Shown piece after piece: positions 31,905 through 41,588 of a stretch of 64,000 nucleotides of DNA. Each line of letters starts with the position of its first letter. Position 1 is the first letter of the stretch. Location of the stretch: NCBI RefSeq assembly GCF_056712565.1, contig NZ_CM160072.1. The stretch is one strand, 5' to 3'. A program made the translations under genes and the position numbers. The notes beneath the pieces were generated by a model. That model was not told the origin of the DNA, searched no databases, and worked only from the letters and a program-made list of their open reading frames with translations.

Positions 31905-32357
31905 CTAACGGTCGAGGTGAGCCAGGATAATCTCTTCAATCATCTGCACATCCTCACCGGTAAAGCCGAGCAGAGGACGCGCCGGATAATCAATTTTCTT
32001 ACCGTCTTTCCGGTTTTCTTCCGACAGACCGAACTGATGCACGCTGGCAATTTTCGGTGACTTCCCGCCGTAAAACTCCATTGATGCCTGTTCCGGGCTG
32101 GCGCGGATATGCAAAAAACGACTGGTGATAAGTTTCGCAAACATTTTTCGCTTAACGCGACCGGTCTTTTTTCTGGCGCTCTGCTGCTGGCGTGGTGCGT
32201 AGGGTGTGCCGTCCGGGGCTTTCTGTGCCATCACCCGGCGCTGCTGACTCTGCCGCAGACGTTTCGCCAGTTCGGAGCTCAGTCGCCGACGCCCTGACGG
32301 TGACAGCGATTCAGTCAGTCCGGTCAGCCGGTCTTCAAAACGCTTAAACTCATTCAT
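31905..32357 (-). CDS. S: Tail completion protein S
   Basis: 150 aa. Confidence 0.8.
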   Translation of the reverse strand: MNEFKRFEDRLTGLTESLSPSGRRRLSSELAKRLRQSQQRRVMAQKAPDGTPYAPRQQQSARKKTGRVKRKMFAKLITSRFLHIRASPEQASMEFYGGKSPKIASVHQFGLSEENRKDGKKIDYPARPLLGFTGEDVQMIEEIILAHLDR

Positions 32358-32817
32358 CCCACTTACTCACCAGTTCGCCATTGATATAAAGCTCCATCGG
32401 GCGGGTGACCGGCTCCGGCGGCGGAGGTTCCGGGATATTCTTCACATGCAGCGCACCGTCAACCTCACTGACCAGCGTGCGCTCGGTCAGCATCAGGCTG
32501 ATGCTGATATCAAAGCTGCTGTCATTGTTGATGTCCGCATAAAACGTGAAGCCCTTTTTCTGGCCTTCGTCGGTGGTCATGATGTCGGGCTGATTTTCCC
32601 GCAGCCACGCCAGCACCGGCACGATGAGCAGGTCAAAATCACCGGTAAAGTCGGTCACAATGACATTGAGCGTGTAACGCTTTTCGAATGACAGCGACGT
32701 CGCCAGTGTGGAGGCAATACTCCCGTTATCCACGAATATCCGCAGCATATCGGGGTTAGTTTTCAGCACCGTGACGGCATCAGTCAGCGCCCTGCGCAGG
32801 CTGTCGGGTTTGAGCAT
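32350..32817 (-). CDS. R: Tail completion protein R
   Basis: 155 aa. Confidence 0.8.
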   Translation of the reverse strand: MLKPDSLRRALTDAVTVLKTNPDMLRIFVDNGSIASTLATSLSFEKRYTLNVIVTDFTGDFDLLIVPVLAWLRENQPDIMTTDEGQKKGFTFYADINNDSSFDISISLMLTERTLVSEVDGALHVKNIPEPPPPEPVTRPMELYINGELVSKWDE

Positions 32818-33070
32818 CGTTTTCGTCCTGACAGTGTTTAATCATTTTTACCTGGCTGGCACAGCGTGCCAGCGCGTTCTCAAGCTGCCGGATATCGGCA
32901 CTTAAATCGCCGTTCGTCTGCGGGTCACTGCCCGGCATCGGGCAAAGGCTCACTTTCGGGCAGGCGTTGGCGACAATCACTGGCGTCAGTGCAGGCCGGA
33001 CGCTGGTGCAACCGGCGCACAGCATCAGGCAGGTCAGCGCCATACCAGCGGCGAAAATCCTCGTTTTCAT
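32780..33070 (-). CDS. lysC: LysC, Rz1-like outer-membrane spanin lipoprotein (embedded in lysB, different frame)
   Basis: 96-aa product MKTRIFAAGMALTCLMLCAGC (lipobox); nested in lysB region. Confidence 0.75.
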   Translation of the reverse strand: MKTRIFAAGMALTCLMLCAGCTSVRPALTPVIVANACPKVSLCPMPGSDPQTNGDLSADIRQLENALARCASQVKMIKHCQDENDAQTRQPAQGAD

Positions 33071-33350
33071 TAAGTAACCTCGTGATGGTTTTCTCGCGCT
33101 GTGCTTCACGTTTCGCGGCGTTCTCCAGTTCCTGACGCAGTGCCACCTGCGCCAGCTCGTTTTTGTCTGCCCTGGTAAGGGCAACATGAAGCTGGTTTTT
33201 CAGCATGGTGATGGTCGTCTGCTGTTCACTGGCGACGTTGTTCGCCCTGTCCAGCGAGGCGCGCAGGCTGGCATTTTTATGTTTCACCAGAAACAGACCG
33301 GCCACCGCCAGCGATAACAACACGACCAGCACAATCATCAGCTTTGACAT
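32925..33350 (-). CDS. lysB: LysB, Rz-like inner-membrane spanin
   Basis: 141 aa, N-terminal TM then coiled coil. Confidence 0.8.
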   Translation of the reverse strand: MSKLMIVLVVLLSLAVAGLFLVKHKNASLRASLDRANNVASEQQTTITMLKNQLHVALTRADKNELAQVALRQELENAAKREAQREKTITRLLNENEDFRRWYGADLPDAVRRLHQRPACTDASDCRQRLPESEPLPDAGQ

Positions 33351-33763
33351 AGTTCCCGCCCCTCAAGACGCTGACGACAGGCTTTACGTATCAGCCGGAA
33401 AAACAGCGACGCCACAAGATAAATCAGCGCGGTAAAAATCCACCCGGCAGCGACCAGCGAGATAAACGTCGCCACCATCACCACCAGAGCCGCCGCCCGT
33501 CTGCGCCACGGCACCGGCTGCAAAAACAGCGACGTGACAATCTTCACGGCCAGCGATTCCGGCGGCAGCTCCCGCCCGTAGCGTTCCAGCACATACTCCG
33601 TGGCATACACGCCGACACCACCGGCAACCACACAGATAACCGTCGCCAGAATCGCCCAGGTGGCGACAAAACTGACGGCCACGCTCTGCGGGTAAATCAG
33701 GGACAGTGCCAGCATCAGCGCCAGCGACACGTTCAGCATCAGTGAAAGGGATAATTTCTTCAT
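33338..33763 (-). CDS. lysA: LysA lysis-timing membrane protein
   Basis: 141 aa, multiple TM helices, after endolysin. Confidence 0.8.
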   Translation of the reverse strand: MKKLSLSLMLNVSLALMLALSLIYPQSVAVSFVATWAILATVICVVAGGVGVYATEYVLERYGRELPPESLAVKIVTSLFLQPVPWRRRAAALVVMVATFISLVAAGWIFTALIYLVASLFFRLIRKACRQRLEGRELCQS

Positions 33764-33777
33764 GGTGTTTACTCCGT

Positions 33778-34275
33778 TTAAGCCGGTACGCCGCCAGCGG
33801 TACGCCAGACGGTGACCAGTTTTTCCAGTGAATGCTCACGCTGACCGTAACCGGCACCCGGCAGGGACGCCCAGATATTGCGACAGCGTGAAATGGCGCG
33901 CTCAATACGTCCCGCCCGGACGTCATCCAGTGCACCGCGTTCGCGGATCAACTGAATGGCAAGTCTGTCCTGTGACAACGGACTGAAATCCGGCAGGGCA
34001 AGCTGTTTGCGGTAATGCGGCCAGAACAGGTAAAGCTGCTGATAGCGACCGGAGGCCGTGGATTTTTCACCGCGACGGTTAAACACCTTCGCCGGTCGGC
34101 CATGCGCGAACGGGTGGTCACTGTAGTCGGTGAAAATTTCCGGCTTTCCGTCCAGTCCGGTGACTATCACGTCATAGCCCCGGTTTTTCGTCAGCGGATG
34201 GTTCGCCGTCCCTTCGGACACTGCCAGCATGTCGAGAAAGGCGGCGATATTCTGATGCGTGTTAATTACCGGCAT
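33778..34275 (-). CDS. K: Endolysin K (lysozyme)
   Basis: 165 aa with EGT-type lysozyme motif (LAVSEGT). Confidence 0.85.
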   Translation of the reverse strand: MPVINTHQNIAAFLDMLAVSEGTANHPLTKNRGYDVIVTGLDGKPEIFTDYSDHPFAHGRPAKVFNRRGEKSTASGRYQQLYLFWPHYRKQLALPDFSPLSQDRLAIQLIRERGALDDVRAGRIERAISRCRNIWASLPGAGYGQREHSLEKLVTVWRTAGGVPA

Positions 34276-34556
34276 TACGGTTTCCCCCTGCCCTTAAAGC
34301 GGCGCTGAATGGCAATCTCAATCACCTGATAACCGGCGATACCCAGCATGGAGCCGATGCCGCACACCGCAGGCAGTGACAGGTCAGGAAACTGCACCAG
34401 AACAACACCGGCAACCATCGAGACAAAACCACCGAGCAACATGCGCCCGATAAACAGACGCGGGGTGATGGGTTCACCACCGGCAAGCACCTTGCCGACA
34501 ACAATCAGCACCCCAATCATGAAAAGCGACAGGACGCTTTTTTCTTCTGCTGTCAT
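34275..34556 (-). CDS. Y: Holin Y
   Basis: 93 aa, hydrophobic, immediately upstream of endolysin. Confidence 0.85.
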   Translation of the reverse strand: MTAEEKSVLSLFMIGVLIVVGKVLAGGEPITPRLFIGRMLLGGFVSMVAGVVLVQFPDLSLPAVCGIGSMLGIAGYQVIEIAIQRRFKGRGKP

Positions 34557-34559
34557 GCG

Positions 34560-34763
34560 TTACTCCCACAGATTGACAGTTTCAGCCACGGGCGCGGTCT
34601 GAACGTCGGGCAGTTCGACGGCGGAGCCATGTGGCAGCACCGCACCCAGTTCAGCCAGTCCCGGATTTGCGGCGAGCACGGTCTCAACCACGCCCTCAGT
34701 GCGCCCGTAATACCGGACACAAATGGCGTCGAGCGTGTCGCCCTGTAGCGCAAAGGTCTTCAT
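34560..34763 (-). CDS. X: Tail protein X
   Basis: 67-aa product MKTFALQGDTLDAICVRYYGRTEG...; ORF-track start is further upstream. Confidence 0.8.
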   Translation of the reverse strand: MKTFALQGDTLDAICVRYYGRTEGVVETVLAANPGLAELGAVLPHGSAVELPDVQTAPVAETVNLWE

Positions 34764-35272
34764 CAGATTTGACTCACGATGCAGCGCGGCTTGTCCTGGA
34801 TGCGCGCCGCTGCCCAGCGCATATCCCGCCACAGCTCATCAATGGTGCTGTCAATGCTGTCGGCCTTCTTGTCTCCTTTCGCACTGGCATCCACGCCGCG
34901 GTAACGCTCATAAAGCGACGCGGTCGCCATCGCACACACGGCGCGCTCGTAGTAAAAAACTTTGATACTTTCACCGTCGATATCGTCCGCCGGAACGTCC
35001 GCCAGACGCGTAAAACCGGCGGCAATTTTCTGTTCGCGGTACTCGTACAGCTCCGCATTTGTTTCCGCCATGCCTGACTTGATGGCCTCACGCAGACGGG
35101 CGGGGGCGACGGTCTGCTCAAGGCGCATACGTTCCCGGACGCGCTTCGGGTCGATATCGGGAAAAAAGAACGTGTTTTTAATCACCGGCTCGTCGCCTGC
35201 CGGTTGCGGGATGACCACCGTACCCTCACCGGACACGGGAGCCTCCTTTCGCGGAATAATCAGCGTCATCAT
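34763..35272 (-). CDS. L: Capsid completion protein L
   Basis: 169 aa starting MTLIIPRKEAP. Confidence 0.8.
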   Translation of the reverse strand: MMTLIIPRKEAPVSGEGTVVIPQPAGDEPVIKNTFFFPDIDPKRVRERMRLEQTVAPARLREAIKSGMAETNAELYEYREQKIAAGFTRLADVPADDIDGESIKVFYYERAVCAMATASLYERYRGVDASAKGDKKADSIDSTIDELWRDMRWAAARIQDKPRCIVSQI

Positions 35273-35371
35273 GACTACCTCTGAAAAGTCGGGCGGTGGA
35301 CGCCGGTGCAGTGTCAGGTGATTCACCCTCACTGACCGGCGTGCCGCCCTGGCGCGGGGCGCATTCGGTTG

Positions 35372-36115
35372 TTAACTGGCTTTCTTTTTCGGGCGTCCAC
35401 GTTTTGCCGGTGTCACGCTCCGGGTCTTACGCGTGGCACGGGTGGCCGCTTTGGGTTGCGGCTCCGGCTTAGGTTTCAGCTCCCGCTCCAGTCGCTCAAT
35501 CTCTTTTTTGACGCCTGCCTGACAGTCGAGCTGTGTCGCACGTTGCAGGTGAGCCAGCGCACCGGCGGCATCACCACCGTCACGCAGAAACAGACCGGTG
35601 ATTTTGTGCAGCTTTGCGCGCACTTCATCAGGCATGTCAGCAGCGGCAGTCAGTTCAAGGGTCTCCGTCAGCAGGCGGGTATCCACAGACTCACCGGCCG
35701 CGTGGGCGCGCATGGCCGCGAGCGCGACCTCCTCGGTGAACATATACGGCGGGGTGCGGCGGTGTTTACCCGGCATGGTCAGACCGTATTTCAGGGCATA
35801 ACGGGCAATCTCCAGCGCACCGGCAATATCGCCGGTATCCAGACGCCACAGCATGACCGTCATCAGAATGTCATCCTGTGCGCCTTTGCCCTGCTCCAGC
35901 ACGCCGTTCACCCACGGCAACCAGAACGGCAGCAGTTCGCGCTTTTTCGCGGCCTTCAGCTCTTTTGAATAAATCGCTTTCAGTGTGCGCTGGTCTGCGG
36001 CCAGCTTGACCAGCATCTGCTCATAGACAGTTGCATGTCGCAGCGGGGCGGCTTCCCGCTGCGCGGTCATCGCTGCCGAGACCCGCATCATGTGGCGCTG
36101 TGCGGGACTCGTCAT
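35372..36115 (-). CDS. M: Terminase small (endonuclease) subunit M
   Basis: 247 aa. Confidence 0.85.
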   Translation of the reverse strand: MTSPAQRHMMRVSAAMTAQREAAPLRHATVYEQMLVKLAADQRTLKAIYSKELKAAKKRELLPFWLPWVNGVLEQGKGAQDDILMTVMLWRLDTGDIAGALEIARYALKYGLTMPGKHRRTPPYMFTEEVALAAMRAHAAGESVDTRLLTETLELTAAADMPDEVRAKLHKITGLFLRDGGDAAGALAHLQRATQLDCQAGVKKEIERLERELKPKPEPQPKAATRATRKTRSVTPAKRGRPKKKAS

Positions 36116-36118
36116 CGG

Positions 36119-37192
36119 TTACGCTCCCGGCTCTGCGGTCGCCTTAGCCGGTGTGGAGAAATCACCGACCTTAATTTTTTCCACCAGACAACCGGCGGCG
36201 TAGTCTTCCACCACGTAATCAATGTTCATTGACTCGTAGTTCTCCACGCGGTCGAGTTTCGGGTTTTCCACAATCACGCGGCGATGGCTGTCATCCATGT
36301 AGTAGATGGACAGGTTTTCCAGCTTCGTGATGAGCATCGCATCCGCCGGGAAGTACGGGACGCGTACCGCCGGCAGGTTACCGATGCGTTTCTGGCTGAT
36401 GATGACGTCAGCGGCCAGCATTTCGCTGTTGTCCTGCTCCTTGTTAACGATGGGGAAATACTTGTCCGCCAGTAGCTGACGCCCCACAATCACCACAAGG
36501 TCAGGGTCTTCCTGATACCACGGTTCAATCAGGTTGTTGGTCGCATCCATCACCAGTGCATCAAGGCTGGCATAATCACCGCCCTTACCCACGCGGATGA
36601 CCTCAGAGGTCGTGTGACCTTCCTCGTCAGTGACCTTGCTCATCACACGCGCCGGGGCTTCATTGCGGTATTTCTGCAGCCAGCCGACCGCCACATCCTG
36701 CAACATCGGATTACTGTTGCGGTCAGAGGTTTCTGCACGCTTCACGCCGTTAAAACCGGCCATGATGAAATCAAGGGACTGGCGTTTGATAATGGCGTTA
36801 CGGATACGGAGCTGGAAATCCTGATAACGCGCCCACAGGTCCAGCGTTTTGTAGCGGATATAAAAATCGAAGTTAATCTGGTCGCATTCGTACTTGTTAG
36901 ACGCCAGCTTCGAGAAGTCCTTCGGCTGACGCTCGGTGCCACCGGCGGTGTCGGTGGTGCTGGCGATGGAGCCGGTGACACCGATACCAATTTTTTCCCC
37001 TTTCATTTCGCTGACCGGCACAATGTTGATGCGGGTCAGAAAGTCAGAGGACTCCTGCATGGTGTTCATCAGGGTCTGGGTGACCGACGGTTCAACGGTG
37101 AATTTTTTCGACACATCACCGGCGTCGATGCCGTTCAGCTCGGCAACACGGGACAGGTAGGCATTAAATTTAAAGCGGGTTTCCTGGCGCAT
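36119..37192 (-). CDS. N: Major capsid protein N
   Basis: 357 aa. Confidence 0.88.
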   Translation of the reverse strand: MRQETRFKFNAYLSRVAELNGIDAGDVSKKFTVEPSVTQTLMNTMQESSDFLTRINIVPVSEMKGEKIGIGVTGSIASTTDTAGGTERQPKDFSKLASNKYECDQINFDFYIRYKTLDLWARYQDFQLRIRNAIIKRQSLDFIMAGFNGVKRAETSDRNSNPMLQDVAVGWLQKYRNEAPARVMSKVTDEEGHTTSEVIRVGKGGDYASLDALVMDATNNLIEPWYQEDPDLVVIVGRQLLADKYFPIVNKEQDNSEMLAADVIISQKRIGNLPAVRVPYFPADAMLITKLENLSIYYMDDSHRRVIVENPKLDRVENYESMNIDYVVEDYAAGCLVEKIKVGDFSTPAKATAEPGA

Positions 37193-37250
37193 AGTTTTTC
37201 CTGAAATTAAGGGTTAATCGTGAAGGTTTTCCCGGACTGACTGACGCCGG

Positions 37251-38105
37251 TCAGCAGTTCGTCATCAGGGCGTCACCGCCACCACCGGTGGCCTTGCTGC
37301 GGCGCTGCTGGGTCAGACTTTCGGTGTGGTCGAGACTGTTTTTCAGGCGGGTGAATGCCTGGCTGGTTTCATCCGCCCTGTCAGTCACCTCCTGCTTAAG
37401 TGCGGAAAAGGCGGTTTCCATCTCAGCGAGGCGCTGCTCAGTGGCGCTCAGTTTTTCCTGCACATGTTCAGCAACAGCGGTCACCGCTTCATGCACGTCA
37501 TTCAGACGGGCATCATCGCTGGCCTGTTTGCGGCCAAAAATGGACTTCACCTTTTCGGTCAGGACGGTGAACACTGTTTCAGGCAGGTCTTCAAATTCCA
37601 GCTCAACAGGCGTTGCCACTGAAATCAGGTTTTCAGGGCTTAATTTGAAGCGGTTCAGGGGGTTGTGTTTTGCCGTGCGGCAGAATTCCAGGTATTCCGT
37701 GCCGAGGCTTGCCGGGTCATCGGTGACGGCCAGACCCACCAGATAACATTTGCCGGTGTTGGCAAAGTTCGGCTGAATTTCCATTGAGGTGTAGACCTTC
37801 TGCGCGGCCTTGTTCATCGCGATAAGGTCATCGGTCGGGGTGATTTTCGCAAACAGCGCCCATTTGCCTTTCAGCGCCGAATCATCGTCAATCTTTTCGG
37901 CCTTAAGTTCGGCCACATCGCCATAACGTTTAAAAATACCGTCAGGCAGGATGCCGCGCAGATGTTCCAGGTTAATGCGGCAACCGTAGACACGCGGGTC
38001 AAAGGTTTCAGCCATTTCCTGAATATCCTGCGCACTGATGACACGCCCGTCACAGGTGTCACCCTCAACGCCGATACGAAAGAATTTTGAGACTTTTTTT
38101 GCCAT
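37251..38105 (-). CDS. O: Capsid scaffold protein O
   Basis: 284-aa product starting MAKKVSKFFRIGVEGDTCDGR. Confidence 0.85.
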   Translation of the reverse strand: MAKKVSKFFRIGVEGDTCDGRVISAQDIQEMAETFDPRVYGCRINLEHLRGILPDGIFKRYGDVAELKAEKIDDDSALKGKWALFAKITPTDDLIAMNKAAQKVYTSMEIQPNFANTGKCYLVGLAVTDDPASLGTEYLEFCRTAKHNPLNRFKLSPENLISVATPVELEFEDLPETVFTVLTEKVKSIFGRKQASDDARLNDVHEAVTAVAEHVQEKLSATEQRLAEMETAFSALKQEVTDRADETSQAFTRLKNSLDHTESLTQQRRSKATGGGGDALMTNC

Positions 38106-38278
38106 TGTCAGGAGTCCTGAATAGTGATTAGAGGAGTCACATGTCGGCATCAGTTTCCCGACGATGCGCATCCTCCGCCATCAGTCCCGGATGGCTTATC
38201 ACTGACACAACAGCACCTTAGCGAATCGCAGGGCGCGACTCAGTAGCCTTGCCGTGTATTCATCACGGCGAGGTATTC

Positions 38279-40051
38279 ATGACCATCACCACAGACACCA
38301 CTCTTTTACACGACCCGCGTCGTCAGGCGGCGCTGCTGTACTGGCAGGGATTTTCCGTGCCGCAGATTGCCGCCATGTTGCAGATGAAACGCCCGACAGT
38401 GCAGAGCTGGAAACAGCGCGACGGCTGGGACAACGTTGCCCCCATCAGCCGTGTCGAAATGAGCCTGGAAGCGCGGCTGACCCAGCTCATCATCAAACCG
38501 CAGAAAACCGGCGGTGACTTCAAGGAAATTGACCTGCTGGGACGCCAGATTGAACGACTGGCACGGGTAAATCGTTACAGCCAGACCGGCAACGAGGCAG
38601 ACCTTAATCCGAACGTCGCTAACCGCAACAAAGGCGGGCGGCGCAAACCGAAAAAAAATTTTTTCAGTGACGAGGCCATCGAAAAGCTGGAGCAGATTTT
38701 CTTTGAGCAGTCTTTCGACTATCAGTTGCACTGGTATCGCGCCGGGCTTGAGCACCGCATCCGCGATATCCTGAAATCCCGCCAGATTGGCGCGACGTTT
38801 TATTTTTCCCGCGAGGCGCTGCTGCGCGCCCTGAAAACCGGCCATAACCAGATTTTTCTGTCGGCCAGTAAAACGCAGGCGTATGTGTTCCGCGAATACA
38901 TCATCGCCTTTGCCCGGCTGGTTGACGTTGACCTGACCGGTGACCCGATTGTCCTGGGCAATAACGGCGCAAAACTGATTTTTCTCGGCACCAACTCCAA
39001 CACCGCACAGAGCCATAACGGCGACCTGTACGTCGACGAGATTTTCTGGATCCCGAATTTTCAGGTACTGCGTAAGGTGGCATCAGGTATGGCCTCACAG
39101 AGTCACCTGCGCTCGACCTATTTCTCCACCCCGTCCACGCTGGCGCACGACGCCTACCCGTTCTGGTCAGGTGAACTGTTCAACCGGGGACGCGCCAGCG
39201 CCGCCGAACGCGTGGAAATCGACGTCAGTCATAACGCCCTTGCCGGTGGGCTTCTCTGTGCGGACGGCCAGTGGCGGCAGATTGTCACCATTGAGGACGC
39301 CCTGAAAGGTGGCTGCACGCTGTTCGACATTGAACAGCTCAAACGCGAAAACAGCGCCGACGATTTTAAAAACCTGTTCATGTGTGAATTTGTTGACGAC
39401 AAGGCGTCGGTGTTCCCGTTCGAGGAGCTGCAACGCTGCATGGTCGACACGCTGGAAGAATGGGAAGACTATGCGCCGTTTGCCGCCAATCCGTTCGGCT
39501 CCCGCCCGGTCTGGATTGGTTACGACCCGTCACACCGTGGCGACAGCGCCGGATGCGTGGTACTGGCACCGCCGGTGGTGGCCGGTGGCAAATTCAGAAT
39601 ACTTGAGCGTCACCAGTGGAAAGGCATGGACTTTGCCACTCAGGCGGAATCCATCCGCAAACTCACCGAAAAATACAACGTCGAATACATCGGTATTGAT
39701 GCCACCGGCCTCGGTGTCGGCGTGTTCCAGCTCGTGCGCTCGTTCTATCCCGCCGCGCGCGATATCCGCTACACGCCGGAAATGAAAACCGCAATGGTGC
39801 TCAAGGCAAAAGACGTCATCCGCCGTGGCTGTCTGGAATATGACGTCAGCGCCACCGACATCACCAGCTCGTTTATGGCTATCCGCAAGACCATGACCAG
39901 CAGCGGACGCAGCGCCACTTATGAGGCCAGCCGCAGCGAGGAAGCCAGCCACGCCGACCTCGCCTGGGCGACCATGCACGCCCTGTTAAATGAGCCACTC
40001 ACCGCCGGTATCAGCACCCCGCTGACATCCACCATTCTGGAGTTTTACTGA
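38279..40051 (+). CDS. P: Terminase large (ATPase) subunit P
   Basis: 590-aa product starting MTITTDTTLLHDPRRQ; divergent from O. Confidence 0.88.
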   Translation: MTITTDTTLLHDPRRQAALLYWQGFSVPQIAAMLQMKRPTVQSWKQRDGWDNVAPISRVEMSLEARLTQLIIKPQKTGGDFKEIDLLGRQIERLARVNRYSQTGNEADLNPNVANRNKGGRRKPKKNFFSDEAIEKLEQIFFEQSFDYQLHWYRAGLEHRIRDILKSRQIGATFYFSREALLRALKTGHNQIFLSASKTQAYVFREYIIAFARLVDVDLTGDPIVLGNNGAKLIFLGTNSNTAQSHNGDLYVDEIFWIPNFQVLRKVASGMASQSHLRSTYFSTPSTLAHDAYPFWSGELFNRGRASAAERVEIDVSHNALAGGLLCADGQWRQIVTIEDALKGGCTLFDIEQLKRENSADDFKNLFMCEFVDDKASVFPFEELQRCMVDTLEEWEDYAPFAANPFGSRPVWIGYDPSHRGDSAGCVVLAPPVVAGGKFRILERHQWKGMDFATQAESIRKLTEKYNVEYIGIDATGLGVGVFQLVRSFYPAARDIRYTPEMKTAMVLKAKDVIRRGCLEYDVSATDITSSFMAIRKTMTSSGRSATYEASRSEEASHADLAWATMHALLNEPLTAGISTPLTSTILEFY

Positions 40052-41085
40052 TGAGCAAGAAAAAAGGGAAAACACCGCAACCTGCGGCAAAAAAAATGAC
40101 CGCCAGCGCCCCGAAAATGGAGGCATTCACCTTTGGTGAGCCGGTGCCGGTACTCGACCGCCGTGACATTCTGGATTACGTCGAGTGCATCAGTAACGGC
40201 AGATGGTATGAGCCGCCGGTCAGCTTTACCGGTCTGGCGAAAAGCCTGCGTGCTGCCGTGCATCACAGCTCACCGATTTACGTTAAACGCAATATTCTGG
40301 CCTCGACATTTATCCCGCATCCGTGGCTTTCGCAACAGGATTTCAGCCGCTTTGTGCTGGATTTTCTGGTGTTCGGTAATGCGTTTCTGGAAAAGCGTTA
40401 CAGCACCACCGGTAAGATCATCAGACTGGAAACCTCACCGGCAAAATATACCCGCCGTGGCGTGGAGGAGGATGTTTACTGGTGGGTGCCGTCCTTCAAC
40501 GAGCCGACACCTTTCGCGCCCGGTTCCGTGTTTCACCTGCTGGAGCCGGATATTAATCAGGAGCTGTACGGCCTGCCGGAATATCTCAGCGCCCTTAACT
40601 CTGCCTGGCTGAATGAGTCGGCCACGCTGTTCCGCCGCAAGTATTACGAAAACGGCGCGCATGCCGGATACATCATGTACGTCACCGATGCCGTGCAGGA
40701 CCGCAACGATATCGAAATGCTTCGCGAAAACATGGTGAAGTCGAAAGGCCGCAATAACTTTAAAAACCTGTTTCTCTATGCCCCACAGGGGAAAGCCGAC
40801 GGCATTAAAATTATCCCGCTCAGTGAAGTGGCGACGAAGGACGATTTTTTTAATATCAAAAAAGCCAGCGCCGTTGACCTGCTGGATGCGCACCGCATCC
40901 CCTTTCAGTTGATGGGCGGCAAGCCGGAAAACGTCGGGTCTCTGGGTGATATTGAGAAAGTGGCAAAGGTCTTTGTCCGCAATGAACTTATCCCGCTACA
41001 GGACAGGATTCGGGAAATAAACGGCTGGCTCGGTCAGGAGGTCATCCGCTTTAAAAACTACTCACTGGACACTGACAACGGCTGA
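40051..41085 (+). CDS. Q: Portal protein Q
   Basis: 344 aa, downstream of P, adjacent to cos. Confidence 0.88.
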   Translation: MSKKKGKTPQPAAKKMTASAPKMEAFTFGEPVPVLDRRDILDYVECISNGRWYEPPVSFTGLAKSLRAAVHHSSPIYVKRNILASTFIPHPWLSQQDFSRFVLDFLVFGNAFLEKRYSTTGKIIRLETSPAKYTRRGVEEDVYWWVPSFNEPTPFAPGSVFHLLEPDINQELYGLPEYLSALNSAWLNESATLFRRKYYENGAHAGYIMYVTDAVQDRNDIEMLRENMVKSKGRNNFKNLFLYAPQGKADGIKIIPLSEVATKDDFFNIKKASAVDLLDAHRIPFQLMGGKPENVGSLGDIEKVAKVFVRNELIPLQDRIREINGWLGQEVIRFKNYSLDTDNG

Positions 41086-41254
41086 ACATCGCCGCCTGCG
41101 GGCGGCTTTTTTACACCCCGTCATCACGCCCTCACACGCTCACCACCGCACAAAACACCCCGCAGACACACCAGCGCCTCAACGGGCAGACTAAGCGCCG
41201 TCACGACGCGCTGAGACGCTGAAAAAATAAAATCAGCACCACCGCCAGCGCGCA

Positions 41255-41273
41255 GTGCTTTCCCCGCCTCGCC
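41255..41273. other. cos site (19-nt cohesive-end sequence, complement of GGCGAGGCGGGGAAAGCAC)
   Basis: Exact match to the P2 cohesive-end sequence as I recall it, between Q and the right-hand cargo gene. Confidence 0.8.
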
Positions 41274-41588
41274 CGCCCGCTTCATGGGGCGGTTTTAATG
41301 CAGTTGCATGATGAAACTGAAATCACATCAGCACTGACCGAAACTGACAAAAAGAATAGTATCTGACACATGCAAAAACACGCACTTAATATACGCCTAT
41401 CTATAGCTCCTACAGGATTGTCAAAAAACGACCAACTCGTCATAGCGTAAACACATTTGGCTCAACGAACACTTACGTTATATGCCTCTTGAACATATCA
41501 AAGTCTTAAGGTAGATCTTTACCACTAAGTGGCTATATTAAGCTGCTTTTTTACATACAATAAAAGCTTTATCGTATGAGGCATAAAA